DNA of 51,328 nt, taken from assembly GCA_012519385.1 (NCBI GenBank), contig JAAYQI010000126.1:1-51328 (forward strand), read 5' to 3'. A program made the translations under genes and the position numbers. This stretch comes from Candidatus Epulonipiscium sp. (GTDB taxonomy: Bacteria > Bacillota > Clostridia > Lachnospirales > Anaerotignaceae). How positions within the stretch are numbered: position 1 is the stretch's first letter; each line of letters starts with the position of its first letter. A model generated the notes under the pieces. It was not told the DNA's origin. It saw nothing but the letters and a program-made list of their open reading frames with translations, and did no database searches. Shown one piece after another: positions 8,909-17,621 of the stretch.

Positions 8909-11590
8909 TTATTTTATATGGCTTAAACTACTTTTGGGCAATGCTTTTTCTCTATTTAGAATGCGGTCTTTCCATTTTTCCAGTTCCACAACCAAAATAG
9001 GTACCATGCTTAACCCTGCCACAATACCCCACTGCATACCATTTAAAGGTTGTACTTGAAATATAGTAGAAACTTGTGGAAGCATGATTACACCTACTTG
9101 TAACAACGTACCAATCAAAAATGCACCTACCAAATAGCGGTTGCTAAATAACGAAATAGAAAAAATAGAATGTTCTGTACGCATATTAAATGCGTGTACC
9201 AGTTGAGAAATACTAAGCACTGCAAATGCCATAGTACGCCCAATACGATGCCCATTTTCTTGGTCAAAATAGATATGGCCTATTCCAAAAGCCAATAATG
9301 CAAGCATACCAATCATACAACCCTCCAAAGCAATCCTCTCTCCTACTCCTCCTGAAAAAAGACTTGTCTCTCCTTTTTGCGGCTTTCTTTGCATAATATC
9401 TTTTTCTATAGGGTCTACCCCTAGAGCAATAGCAGGTAAGGAATCGGTTACAAGATTTACCCATAATAATTGAATGGGAAGCAAGGGAGTTGCCCACCCA
9501 AAGCACATGGCAACAAAAATGGTAATGATTTCCCCGATATTACTAGAAAGAAGAAAATGCACGGCTTTTTTGATATTATCATAGATTCCTCTGCCTTCTT
9601 TTACGGCTTCCACAATAGTAGCAAAATTATCATCGGTCAGTATCATATCGGAAGCACCTTTGGCAACTTCTGTACCGCTTTTTCCCATGGCACAGCCGAT
9701 ATCTGCCGCTTTTAGAGCGGGTGCATCATTCACACCATCTCCTGTCATGGCTACAATAGCACCTTTTTGCTGAAAAGCTTTTACAATCCTCACCTTATGG
9801 TCAGGTGAAACTCTGGCAAACACAGAGCATTTTTCAATTTTTTTACTAAGTTCTTCCATAGAAGTATTTTCCAATTCCTCTCCTGTAATTACCTCATCTC
9901 CTTGCTGAAAAATACCCAATTCTTTCGCAGTGGCCTTTGCGGTAAGTGCATGGTCACCTGTTATCATTACAGCACGAATGCCTGCAGTTTTACAAGTTTT
10001 TACTGCCTCAGCTGCCTCAGGACGAGGAGGGTCAATCATACCAAACATACCAGCAAAAACAAGATTTTTTTCCAATTCTTCTTCCTTTATAAGAGCAGGT
10101 TTTTTATCATATTCCCGAAATGCCACAGCAATCACTCGCAAGGCATTATTTGCCATATCGGCATTTAATTGGTTTGTCAGCTTTTTTTGTGCATCGGTAA
10201 AAACGATATGCTCCTTATTGGCTACGCAATGGGTGCATTTTTTGAGTAAAACATCAGGAGCACCTTTTGTAATAGAAATCCATCCTTTTCCTGGCATTTT
10301 ATGTACAGTAGTCATTAATTTACGTTCCGAAGAAAAGGGAACCTCACCTACTCTTGGCATACGGCTTGCTAGGGTTTCTATTTTTTCACCTGCTCCTTTT
10401 GCTGCTTCCATTAAAGCTACTTCCGTGGGGTCACCTATTATTTTTCCCGATTCCAGACGGCTATCATTACATAATGCCCCAAGAAGTAGTATCATGCGTC
10501 TTTTTTCATAGTTTTCTTCTTGTTTTTTCTGATAATCAGTTACTTTAACCACGTGCATTTTATTTTGGGTTAATGTTCCTGTTTTATCGGAGCAAATAAC
10601 ACTGGCACTACCCAAAGTTTCTACTGCTGGTAAACGGCGTATGATGGTATTTTTTTTGGACATACGCTGCATTCCAATAGCCAATACAATCGTTACAATA
10701 GCAGGAAGCCCTTCGGGAATAGCCGCAACCGCCAAGCTGATAGATGTCATAAACATTTCTAGTGGTTCTGCTTTTCTCAAGATTCCCATAGCAAAAATGA
10801 TACAGCATATCACAATAGCGCCCACACCTAGGGTTTTTCCTGTAATCTCCAGTCTTTTTTGTAGCGGCGTTTGCATATCTTGTTCTTGCGAAATTAATTT
10901 TGCAATACGACCTACTTCCGTATTCATGCCTATTTCTGTAACAATCGCTTGTCCCTTACCATAGGTAATATAGGAGGAAGAAAAAACCATATTCTTTCTA
11001 TCTCCTAAGGGAGTATTTGGCCGAAATCGAACCAAGGCTTCCTTTTCTGACGGAACTGATTCTCCTGTAATGGCGCTTTCCTCCACTTTTAGGCTGATAC
11101 TTTCTATGAGCCTTGCATCGGCAGATACGTAATCTCCTGCCTCCAACAGCAATATATCTCCTGGCACCAAGTCTTTTGCATCAATTTCTTTATAAAGTCC
11201 ATTTCTTTTTACCTTCGCCTTAGGTGCCGCCATTTTTTTTAATGCATCTATAGCTTTTTGTGCTTTGCTTTCTTGCACCATTCCTAATATCGCATTTAGT
11301 GTAATAATTCCCAATATGATAATTGAATCAGCAAAATCATTTTCTCCTCTCATATAGGAAATTCCAAAGGAGGCCGCCGCCGCTGAAATCAAAACAATAA
11401 TCATAAAGTCATTTAATTGACCGAAAAAACGTTGCAACAAATTTTTTCGTTTTCCCTCTTGAGAAATACTGTTTTCACCATATTCGCGCTGTCGTCTTCT
11501 CACCTCATCTTCTGATAATCCTTGATATCTGTCTGTTTCCAGTCCTTCTTCTGTATCCCTGATACTTTTTTCCCACCAGTTCATATTCAT
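8909..11590 (-). CDS. P-type cation-transporting ATPase, type IIA (Ca2+-ATPase-like), paralog of 1378..3987
   Basis: Motifs TGES, CSDKTGTLTQN, MITGDH, MTGDGVNDAPALK, and a canonical TM4 AIPEGLPAIV. The start could be the first or third codon (ATG aat ATG). Confidence 0.9.
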   Translation of the reverse strand: MNMNWWEKSIRDTEEGLETDRYQGLSEDEVRRRQREYGENSISQEGKRKNLLQRFFGQLNDFMIIVLISAAAASFGISYMRGENDFADSIIILGIITLNAILGMVQESKAQKAIDALKKMAAPKAKVKRNGLYKEIDAKDLVPGDILLLEAGDYVSADARLIESISLKVEESAITGESVPSEKEALVRFRPNTPLGDRKNMVFSSSYITYGKGQAIVTEIGMNTEVGRIAKLISQEQDMQTPLQKRLEITGKTLGVGAIVICCIIFAMGILRKAEPLEMFMTSISLAVAAIPEGLPAIVTIVLAIGMQRMSKKNTIIRRLPAVETLGSASVICSDKTGTLTQNKMHVVKVTDYQKKQEENYEKRRMILLLGALCNDSRLESGKIIGDPTEVALMEAAKGAGEKIETLASRMPRVGEVPFSSERKLMTTVHKMPGKGWISITKGAPDVLLKKCTHCVANKEHIVFTDAQKKLTNQLNADMANNALRVIAVAFREYDKKPALIKEEELEKNLVFAGMFGMIDPPRPEAAEAVKTCKTAGIRAVMITGDHALTAKATAKELGIFQQGDEVITGEELENTSMEELSKKIEKCSVFARVSPDHKVRIVKAFQQKGAIVAMTGDGVNDAPALKAADIGCAMGKSGTEVAKGASDMILTDDNFATIVEAVKEGRGIYDNIKKAVHFLLSSNIGEIITIFVAMCFGWATPLLPIQLLWVNLVTDSLPAIALGVDPIEKDIMQRKPQKGETSLFSGGVGERIALEGCMIGMLALLAFGIGHIYFDQENGHRIGRTMAFAVLSISQLVHAFNMRTEHSIFSISLFSNRYLVGAFLIGTLLQVGVIMLPQVSTIFQVQPLNGMQWGIVAGLSMVPILVVELEKWKDRILNREKALPKSSLSHIK

Positions 11591-11696
11591 CTTCCCTTCC
11601 TATAATCATTTCAGGTTTGTCCTCCATAACTCACTATATGAAAACGAAACCAAAAATATGCCCTTTGCATAGTATGGCATAGGGGGTGATTCATAC

Positions 11697-12308
11697 ATGA
11701 TTTTTATATTACTTTTAGCCATATCTCTTAGCATAGATGCCTTGGGAATTGGTATTACTTATGGAGTAAGAGATATCGCTATTTCTTTTTTTGTAAAATG
11801 TATTTTAGCTGTGGAATCCGCAGCATTAATGGCAATTTTTCTAATTGCAGGTGATAGGCTTACTTTACTATTATCTCCCAAAACAGCAAATTTGTTTGGA
11901 GTTATTGTATTACTTTGTATGGGGCTTTGGCTATGCTTACAATGCTTTATACAATTAAAACATACCACAGCCAAAGAGGATGCCAGTACTCCTATGGATA
12001 TGCTTCGTACTCCCACCTCTTGTGACCGGAACCATTCTTCCACATTAGAGCCAAAAGAAGCCATGACCCTTAGCTTTATTCTTTCTATAGACTCACTGGG
12101 GGCAGGCATTGGCGCAGGTGCAGCAGGAATATCCATTTCTCTTTTGCCGATTTGTGTTGCTTTATGCCAGACACTTTTTATATCCATGGGGGTGAAAGCA
12201 GGAAAAAAACTGAATCATATTTCCCCATTCCCAGAACACCTATGGTCAGCTGTTTCTGGCATTCTATTAATTATAATTGCGTTATTTAAACTAAACTTAA
12301 AACTATAA
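11697..12308 (+). CDS. ytaF: Sporulation membrane protein YtaF (MntP/DUF204 family)
   Basis: Two DUF204-type halves (LSIDALGIGITYG and LSIDSLGAGIGAGA) joined by a hydrophilic linker, as in Bacillus YtaF. AGGGGGTGA RBS upstream. Confidence 0.75.
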   Translation: MIFILLLAISLSIDALGIGITYGVRDIAISFFVKCILAVESAALMAIFLIAGDRLTLLLSPKTANLFGVIVLLCMGLWLCLQCFIQLKHTTAKEDASTPMDMLRTPTSCDRNHSSTLEPKEAMTLSFILSIDSLGAGIGAGAAGISISLLPICVALCQTLFISMGVKAGKKLNHISPFPEHLWSAVSGILLIIIALFKLNLKL

Positions 12309-12343
12309 TATTAGTTCATAAAATTTGCCAATGATTACTTTTA

Positions 12344-12370
12344 AGACCGCCGTCAGGCGGTCTATTTTTT
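12344..12370 (+). terminator. Intrinsic terminator after ytaF
   Basis: agaccgcc-gtca-ggcggtct followed by ATTTTTT. Confidence 0.8.
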
Positions 12371-12451
12371 ATGCCTATATTTCTGTCACCCATAACCAAA
12401 GCCCAAATGCTTAACTTATTTCTTCCTTTGCATTTGCTTCCTTCTTTTTTT

Positions 12452-12498
12452 CAAAACAACAAAAGCCACCTGCTTGCTCTATGGCAACGAGATGGCTT
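12452..12498 (-). terminator. Probable intrinsic terminator after the MCP gene
   Basis: Minus strand aagccatctcgttgc-cataga-gcaagcaggtggctt (13 of 15 pairs) followed by TTGTTGTTTTG. Confidence 0.5.
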
Positions 12499-12555
12499 TA
12501 TTCTCAAAATTTTTATAAAATGCTATTTATTAATGGATAATAGCCTCCAGCTATA

Positions 12556-14304
12556 TTAATCTTGTTTTAAATGAAACTTATCAATCAAGTTTTTCAGCAA
12601 ATAAGATAAACTAGAAAGTTCTTCGCTTGCTGCTGCACTTTCTTCTGCTGTAGCAGAGTTAGTTTGTACTACAGCGGCAATTTGCTCTACGCCAATATTA
12701 ATTTGTGCAATCGAAGATGCCTGTTCTTCACTTGCATCTGCAATAAGCTGAATAATTTCTTCTGATTTTTCTGCACTGGTCACAACGTTTTCCAAGGATT
12801 TTGCTGTTTCATAAACAATAGCTTTACCTTTTTCTACAGCTTTAATGGATTTTTGAATCAGTGCTTCTGTGTTTCTTGCGCTTTCCGCAGATAAGCCTGC
12901 TAAGTTACGCACTTCATTTGCCACTACAGCAAAGCCCTTCCCTGCTTCACCTGCACGAGCAGCCTCTACAGCTGCGTTTAATGCCAAAATATTTGTTTGG
13001 AAAGCAATATCATCTATTGCTTTCATAATTTTTCCAATTTCGCTAGTAGTATTGCTGATTTCCTCCATAGCAGCAATCATTTGTTGCATTTCCTCTTTGC
13101 CTTGATAAATTGTGGTACTGGATTCTTTAGAAATCATTTTTGCTTGTTCTGCATTTTCTGCTGTTTTATTGCTTTGCATAGACACTTCGTTGATGGCAGC
13201 AGATAATTCTTGAATAGAGCTTGCTTGTTCTGTTGCCCCTTGAGAAAGTGCCTGCGCTCCTGAAGAAACCTGTTCCGAACTATTTGCTACTTGGTCTGCT
13301 GCAATATTTATTTGTGTTAAAGTAGCATTAAGCATAGTTGCAGTGTCTGTTAATGCAGTCTTAATTTTAGAAAATTCACCTTCATATGTATTTTTAAATT
13401 CTAAATCTAAATGGCCTCTGCCTATTTTTTCTAATAACTCAGCAATTTCATCAATATAACAAATATAGTCCTTTAATCTAGCCGTCAGAGTTCCCATGGA
13501 ATTTGCCAAATTGCCCACTTCATCCTTGCGTTGGAGGGAAATCTCCATGTCTAAATTTCCATTGGCAAGCTCCTGTGTTACACGATTTAACACACCAAGC
13601 GGACCAACCACACTAGATACAATATACCCACCTAATGCAATAGCCAGTAAAAGACAGACAGCAGCTACAATTCCTAAACTTATAATAGAATTATGAATGC
13701 TATTTTCCACAATAACTTTTTGCTCTGCAATATAATTATCTATGTAATCGGTATAGTTACCAGTACCTAGCACCCAGCCAAAAGGTTCAAATAACATAGA
13801 GTATCCTCTTTTGGGCGATGCTTCCGTCTGTCCTGACTTTGGAAATGCAAAATCAGTATACCCTCCGCCTTGCAGAGCTTGATTCTTAATTTCTTGTATA
13901 AAAGGATATCCGTTTACATCTTTTGCATCAGCACGATTTGTGCCTTCTGTTAAACTCCCCAGTAAAACAACGCACTCTCCATCTGTAGTATCTGCCCAAA
14001 AATATCCATCTTCGCCATATCTCATGTTCCTTAGTACATCGGCAGCAACTTTTTCCGCTTCTTCTTTTGTATAAGTTCCTGCTAAGTGTTGATTGTATAT
14101 ATTTTGTAATATGGAGACCGCACTTTCCACTTGTTCCTTAATTTTTTCGTCAAAATCATTTCGTACTACTGTTTCCATAGTTTGTAGGGTGAGATTCTTT
14201 TGAGAATTCATCCTATAGACGGCAGTACTAGCTATAACGCCAACAGAAATAATCACTAGCAGCAATAAAATTGACATTTTTGTTTTAATTTTAAGCGATG
14301 ACAC
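12556..14304 (-). CDS. Methyl-accepting chemotaxis protein (Cache-like sensor, HAMP, MA domain)
   Basis: N-terminal TM, periplasmic Cache-like region (YFWADTTDG..), second TM, HAMP, and a conserved signalling hairpin ([37 protein letters not shown]). Start placed at GTG 14304 (GGAGGA 6 nt upstream). The ORF-track ATG at 14328 lacks an RBS. Confidence 0.85.
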   Translation of the reverse strand: MSSLKIKTKMSILLLLVIISVGVIASTAVYRMNSQKNLTLQTMETVVRNDFDEKIKEQVESAVSILQNIYNQHLAGTYTKEEAEKVAADVLRNMRYGEDGYFWADTTDGECVVLLGSLTEGTNRADAKDVNGYPFIQEIKNQALQGGGYTDFAFPKSGQTEASPKRGYSMLFEPFGWVLGTGNYTDYIDNYIAEQKVIVENSIHNSIISLGIVAAVCLLLAIALGGYIVSSVVGPLGVLNRVTQELANGNLDMEISLQRKDEVGNLANSMGTLTARLKDYICYIDEIAELLEKIGRGHLDLEFKNTYEGEFSKIKTALTDTATMLNATLTQINIAADQVANSSEQVSSGAQALSQGATEQASSIQELSAAINEVSMQSNKTAENAEQAKMISKESSTTIYQGKEEMQQMIAAMEEISNTTSEIGKIMKAIDDIAFQTNILALNAAVEAARAGEAGKGFAVVANEVRNLAGLSAESARNTEALIQKSIKAVEKGKAIVYETAKSLENVVTSAEKSEEIIQLIADASEEQASSIAQINIGVEQIAAVVQTNSATAEESAAASEELSSLSYLLKNLIDKFHLKQD

Positions 14305-14360
14305 ATCAATTCCTCCATTTTCTCCCATAAATTGGTTTTAAATTTGTACATCTTTTAAAA

Positions 14361-14389
14361 ATTATATCAATTACTGTAAATAAATGCAA
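14361..14389 (-). promoter_or_regulatory. Sigma-A type promoter for the MCP gene
   Basis: Minus strand TTGCAT, 17 nt spacer, TATAAT. Confidence 0.6.
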
Positions 14390-14616
14390 CCTTATCTCTA
14401 TTAAAAAAAAGACCTATTTTTTATCTATAGATATAATTTGAAAGAAATTGGATTTTGTATTCAAAAATACTACATAAAAACAATGCAGCTTTTCAGAAAA
14501 TAGAATGCAAATGTTGTATATTTCCTTATTTAAAACCAATACTAATTCTGTAAATTTTTGAAAAGAAAGCTGCAAAACTATTTATTACAAAAATGCAAAA
14601 GGAGAGTGTAAAATTA

Positions 14617-16179
14617 ATGGGAGAAATGTTTTGTTTTCAGTGCCAACAAACCGCCCACAATACTGGTTGTGAGGGCAAAGCTGGCGTTTGTGGAAAAAAG
14701 GCGGATACCGCGAATTTTCAAGACGAATTGACAGGTGCTTTAATTGGCCTTGCCAGAGCAGTAAAATTAAAAAAAGCAACCTCAGCTTCTGATGAATTGG
14801 TGATGAAGGGTCTATTTACGACAGTTACCAATGTTAGCTTTAATAACGAAACAATTAAAAAACTAATTGATGATGTCAATTCGGAGAAAAAGAATATTGC
14901 TGGAGAAGATATTGAGAATTATAATATGCACTCCATTTGGGAGGCGGATGAAGATATTCGTTCTTTGAAGACTCTTATTTTATTGGGGCTTAGAGGTATG
15001 GCGGCATATGCTTATCATTCTTTTGTACTTGGATATAAAGATGATACCGTTTCCTCTTTCTTTTATGAAGGATTACATGCCATCGGGGAAGATTACAAAA
15101 TGGAGGAGCTTCTTCCTCTTGTATTAAAAACAGGTGAGGTAAACTTAAAATGTATCGACCTTTTGGATAAAGCCAATACAGAAAGCTATGGTACTCCCGT
15201 TCCCACAACAGTACCCCTCACCATTGAAAAAGGACCTTTTATTGTAGTAAGCGGCCATGATTTACATGATTTACATTTACTTTTGGAGCAAACAAAAGAT
15301 AAGGGAATCAATATTTATACCCACGGCGAAATGCTTCCCGCACATGGTTATCCTAAGTTAAAGGCATATCCACATTTAAAAGGCAATTTTGGCACAGCAT
15401 GGCAAAGCCAGCAATCAGAGTTTCATAATATTCCTGCCCCTATTCTTTTTACTACCAACTGCCTTATGCGGGTACGCCAAAGCTATGCCGACAGAGTGTT
15501 TACCACTGCCGTTGTTTCCTATCCTGACCTTATTCATATTGATGAAAATAAGGATTTTACTCCAGTTATTGAAAAAGCCTTGGAATGCGGTGGCTATCCT
15601 GAGGACCATCCAATGACAGGAATCAATGAGGGAACTACAGTAACAACAGGTTTTGGCCATGGCACTGTGTTGTCTAATGCAGGCAAAATAATTGACCTTA
15701 TTAAAAAAGGAAAAATTAGACGGTTCTTCTTAATCGGCGGTTGTGACGGTGCAGCACCAGGAAGAAGTTACTATACCGACTTTGCCAAACAAACTCCAAC
15801 AGATACCATGATTCTCACACTTGCTTGCGGTAAGTATCGTATTAACGACTTAGACCTTGGAGAAATAGACGGCTTCCCAAGAATACTGGATATGGGGCAG
15901 TGTAACGATGCCTACAGTGCCATCAAGGTTGCACTTGCCCTTGCAGAAGCTTTTGAATGTGATGTTAATGAATTGCCATTATCATTTGTACTTTCTTGGT
16001 ACGAACAAAAGGCTGTTGTCATTCTTTTGACACTTCTTTATCTCAATGTCAAAAATATTATCCTTGGGCCAACATTGCCGGCATTCCTTTCACCAAATGT
16101 ATTAAAATTTTTGGTAGATAACTATGGTATTTCTCCTATTAGTACGCCAGAAGAAGATTTAAAAAAGATTTTAGGCTAA
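14617..16179 (+). CDS. hcp: Hydroxylamine reductase / hybrid-cluster protein
   Basis: N-terminal Cys cluster MFCFQCQQTAHNTGCEGKAGVCGK and full-length Hcp-like sequence. Start at ATG 14617 (AAAGGAGAG 10 nt upstream) or ATG 14626. Confidence 0.9.
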   Translation: MGEMFCFQCQQTAHNTGCEGKAGVCGKKADTANFQDELTGALIGLARAVKLKKATSASDELVMKGLFTTVTNVSFNNETIKKLIDDVNSEKKNIAGEDIENYNMHSIWEADEDIRSLKTLILLGLRGMAAYAYHSFVLGYKDDTVSSFFYEGLHAIGEDYKMEELLPLVLKTGEVNLKCIDLLDKANTESYGTPVPTTVPLTIEKGPFIVVSGHDLHDLHLLLEQTKDKGINIYTHGEMLPAHGYPKLKAYPHLKGNFGTAWQSQQSEFHNIPAPILFTTNCLMRVRQSYADRVFTTAVVSYPDLIHIDENKDFTPVIEKALECGGYPEDHPMTGINEGTTVTTGFGHGTVLSNAGKIIDLIKKGKIRRFFLIGGCDGAAPGRSYYTDFAKQTPTDTMILTLACGKYRINDLDLGEIDGFPRILDMGQCNDAYSAIKVALALAEAFECDVNELPLSFVLSWYEQKAVVILLTLLYLNVKNIILGPTLPAFLSPNVLKFLVDNYGISPISTPEEDLKKILG

Positions 16180-16195
16180 GTTTCTAAGAAAATAA

Positions 16196-16243
16196 AAACC
16201 GATAGGCTTCTCTGCAAAAATGTAGTGAAATCTATCGGTTTTT
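16196..16243. terminator. Bidirectional terminator-like hairpin between convergent hcp and ftsY
   Basis: aaaaccgatag..26-nt loop..ctatcggtttt with an A-run and a T-run. The large loop lowers confidence. Confidence 0.45.
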
Positions 16244-16272
16244 CTAGTTATATATTTATTATTGAAGCAATA

Positions 16273-17604
16273 TTAATTGTCCCCAAAAAGTGCTTTTGCA
16301 AACTCTCCCGCATGAAACTGCTGCAAATCTTGTATGCCCTCACCTACGCCAATATAACGTACAGGAATTTTCAGCTCAGATTTAATTGCAATTACAATAC
16401 CACCCTTGGCAGTGCCGTCTAGCTTTGTTAAAACAATACCTGTAAGCTGGGCAACCTCTTGAAACAATCGTGCCTGCTGTAATGCATTTTGCCCTGTAGT
16501 GGCATCTAAAACCAAATATACTTCTTTATGTGCCTTTGGATATTCCCTATCAATTACCTTTGAAATCTTTTTTAATTCATCCATCAAGTTTTTCTTATTG
16601 TGAAGTCTTCCTGCTGTATCGCATATTAAAACATCAGTATTTCTATTTTTTGCTGCATTTACTGCATCAAAAACCACAGCCGCAGGGTCAGAATTTTCTT
16701 GATGTTTGATAACATCAATTTGAGAACGTTGTCCCCAAATTTCTAGCTGGTCGATTGCCGCTGCACGAAAGGTATCGGCTGCCGCTAATAACACCGATTT
16801 TCCTTGAGATTTAAAATTATTGGCCAACTTTCCAATGGTGGTGGTTTTACCAACACCGTTTACTCCAATCACCAATATCACGGCAGGAGTTTGTAGAGTA
16901 GTGGTTTCTTCCGTTTCTTCTTGAAGAAGCTGGGTAATTTCATCTATCAGCATACTTTTGATATCTTGAGGTTGGGTTACCTTTTCTTTTTTAACACGCT
17001 TTCTCAAGTTTTCAATAATATTCATGGTAGTTTCAACACCAATATCCGCCATAACTAATACTTCTTCAAGTTCCTCAAATAAATCTTCATCAATGGTGAC
17101 AAAGGCGCCAAGTACAGAATCTACTCCTCCCAGGATACTTTTTCTGGTTTTATCTAATCCTGCAATCAGCTTTGCAAAAAAGCCTTTTTTCTCCTTTTCA
17201 GGTGAAATAACAGAAGTATCCTCCATATTGTCGGCAGATTCAATATTATTATCAGTAGATGATGATTCCTCTTGTAGTTCTACCATGAGAGACTCTTCCT
17301 CAGGTTCAGGTAACACTTGAAGTTCTTCCACTGGCGTACTTTCTTCCTGTATTATGGCATTACTTCCTTCAACAGGAGTATTTTCTTCCTGTGTCACCAC
17401 GCAAGTATTTTTTGTTGAAGTGATTTCTTCCTGTGTTATTGTACTACTTTCTTCCACAGGAATATTCTCTGCTATGGTTGTATCCATTGTATCTTCATTT
17501 TCTGAAACAGTGCTTTCCATGCTTTCAGACTGTTTTATTTCGGCATCTTGTTGCACTATTTCGTTTTGTTTTTTCTTGTCCTTAAAAAAATTAAAAAAAG
17601 CCAT
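16273..17604 (-). CDS. ftsY: Signal recognition particle receptor FtsY
   Basis: NG domain motifs GVNGVGKTTTIGKLA, DTAGR, TKLDGTAKGG, plus an acidic N-terminal A domain. Start at ATG 17604 (MAFFNFFKDKK, GAGGTAG upstream). The ORF-track ATG at 17622 overlaps the smc stop (TAATG). Confidence 0.9.
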   Translation of the reverse strand: MAFFNFFKDKKKQNEIVQQDAEIKQSESMESTVSENEDTMDTTIAENIPVEESSTITQEEITSTKNTCVVTQEENTPVEGSNAIIQEESTPVEELQVLPEPEEESLMVELQEESSSTDNNIESADNMEDTSVISPEKEKKGFFAKLIAGLDKTRKSILGGVDSVLGAFVTIDEDLFEELEEVLVMADIGVETTMNIIENLRKRVKKEKVTQPQDIKSMLIDEITQLLQEETEETTTLQTPAVILVIGVNGVGKTTTIGKLANNFKSQGKSVLLAAADTFRAAAIDQLEIWGQRSQIDVIKHQENSDPAAVVFDAVNAAKNRNTDVLICDTAGRLHNKKNLMDELKKISKVIDREYPKAHKEVYLVLDATTGQNALQQARLFQEVAQLTGIVLTKLDGTAKGGIVIAIKSELKIPVRYIGVGEGIQDLQQFHAGEFAKALFGDN

Positions 17605-17621
17605 GTTTCTACCTCGCTTCA

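Noticed and set aside
12371-12559. 62-aa plus-strand ORF between ytaF and the MCP gene (16225..16422 is a similar case).
   Set aside because: It starts inside the ytaF terminator T-tract, has no RBS and overlaps the terminator region of the convergent gene.
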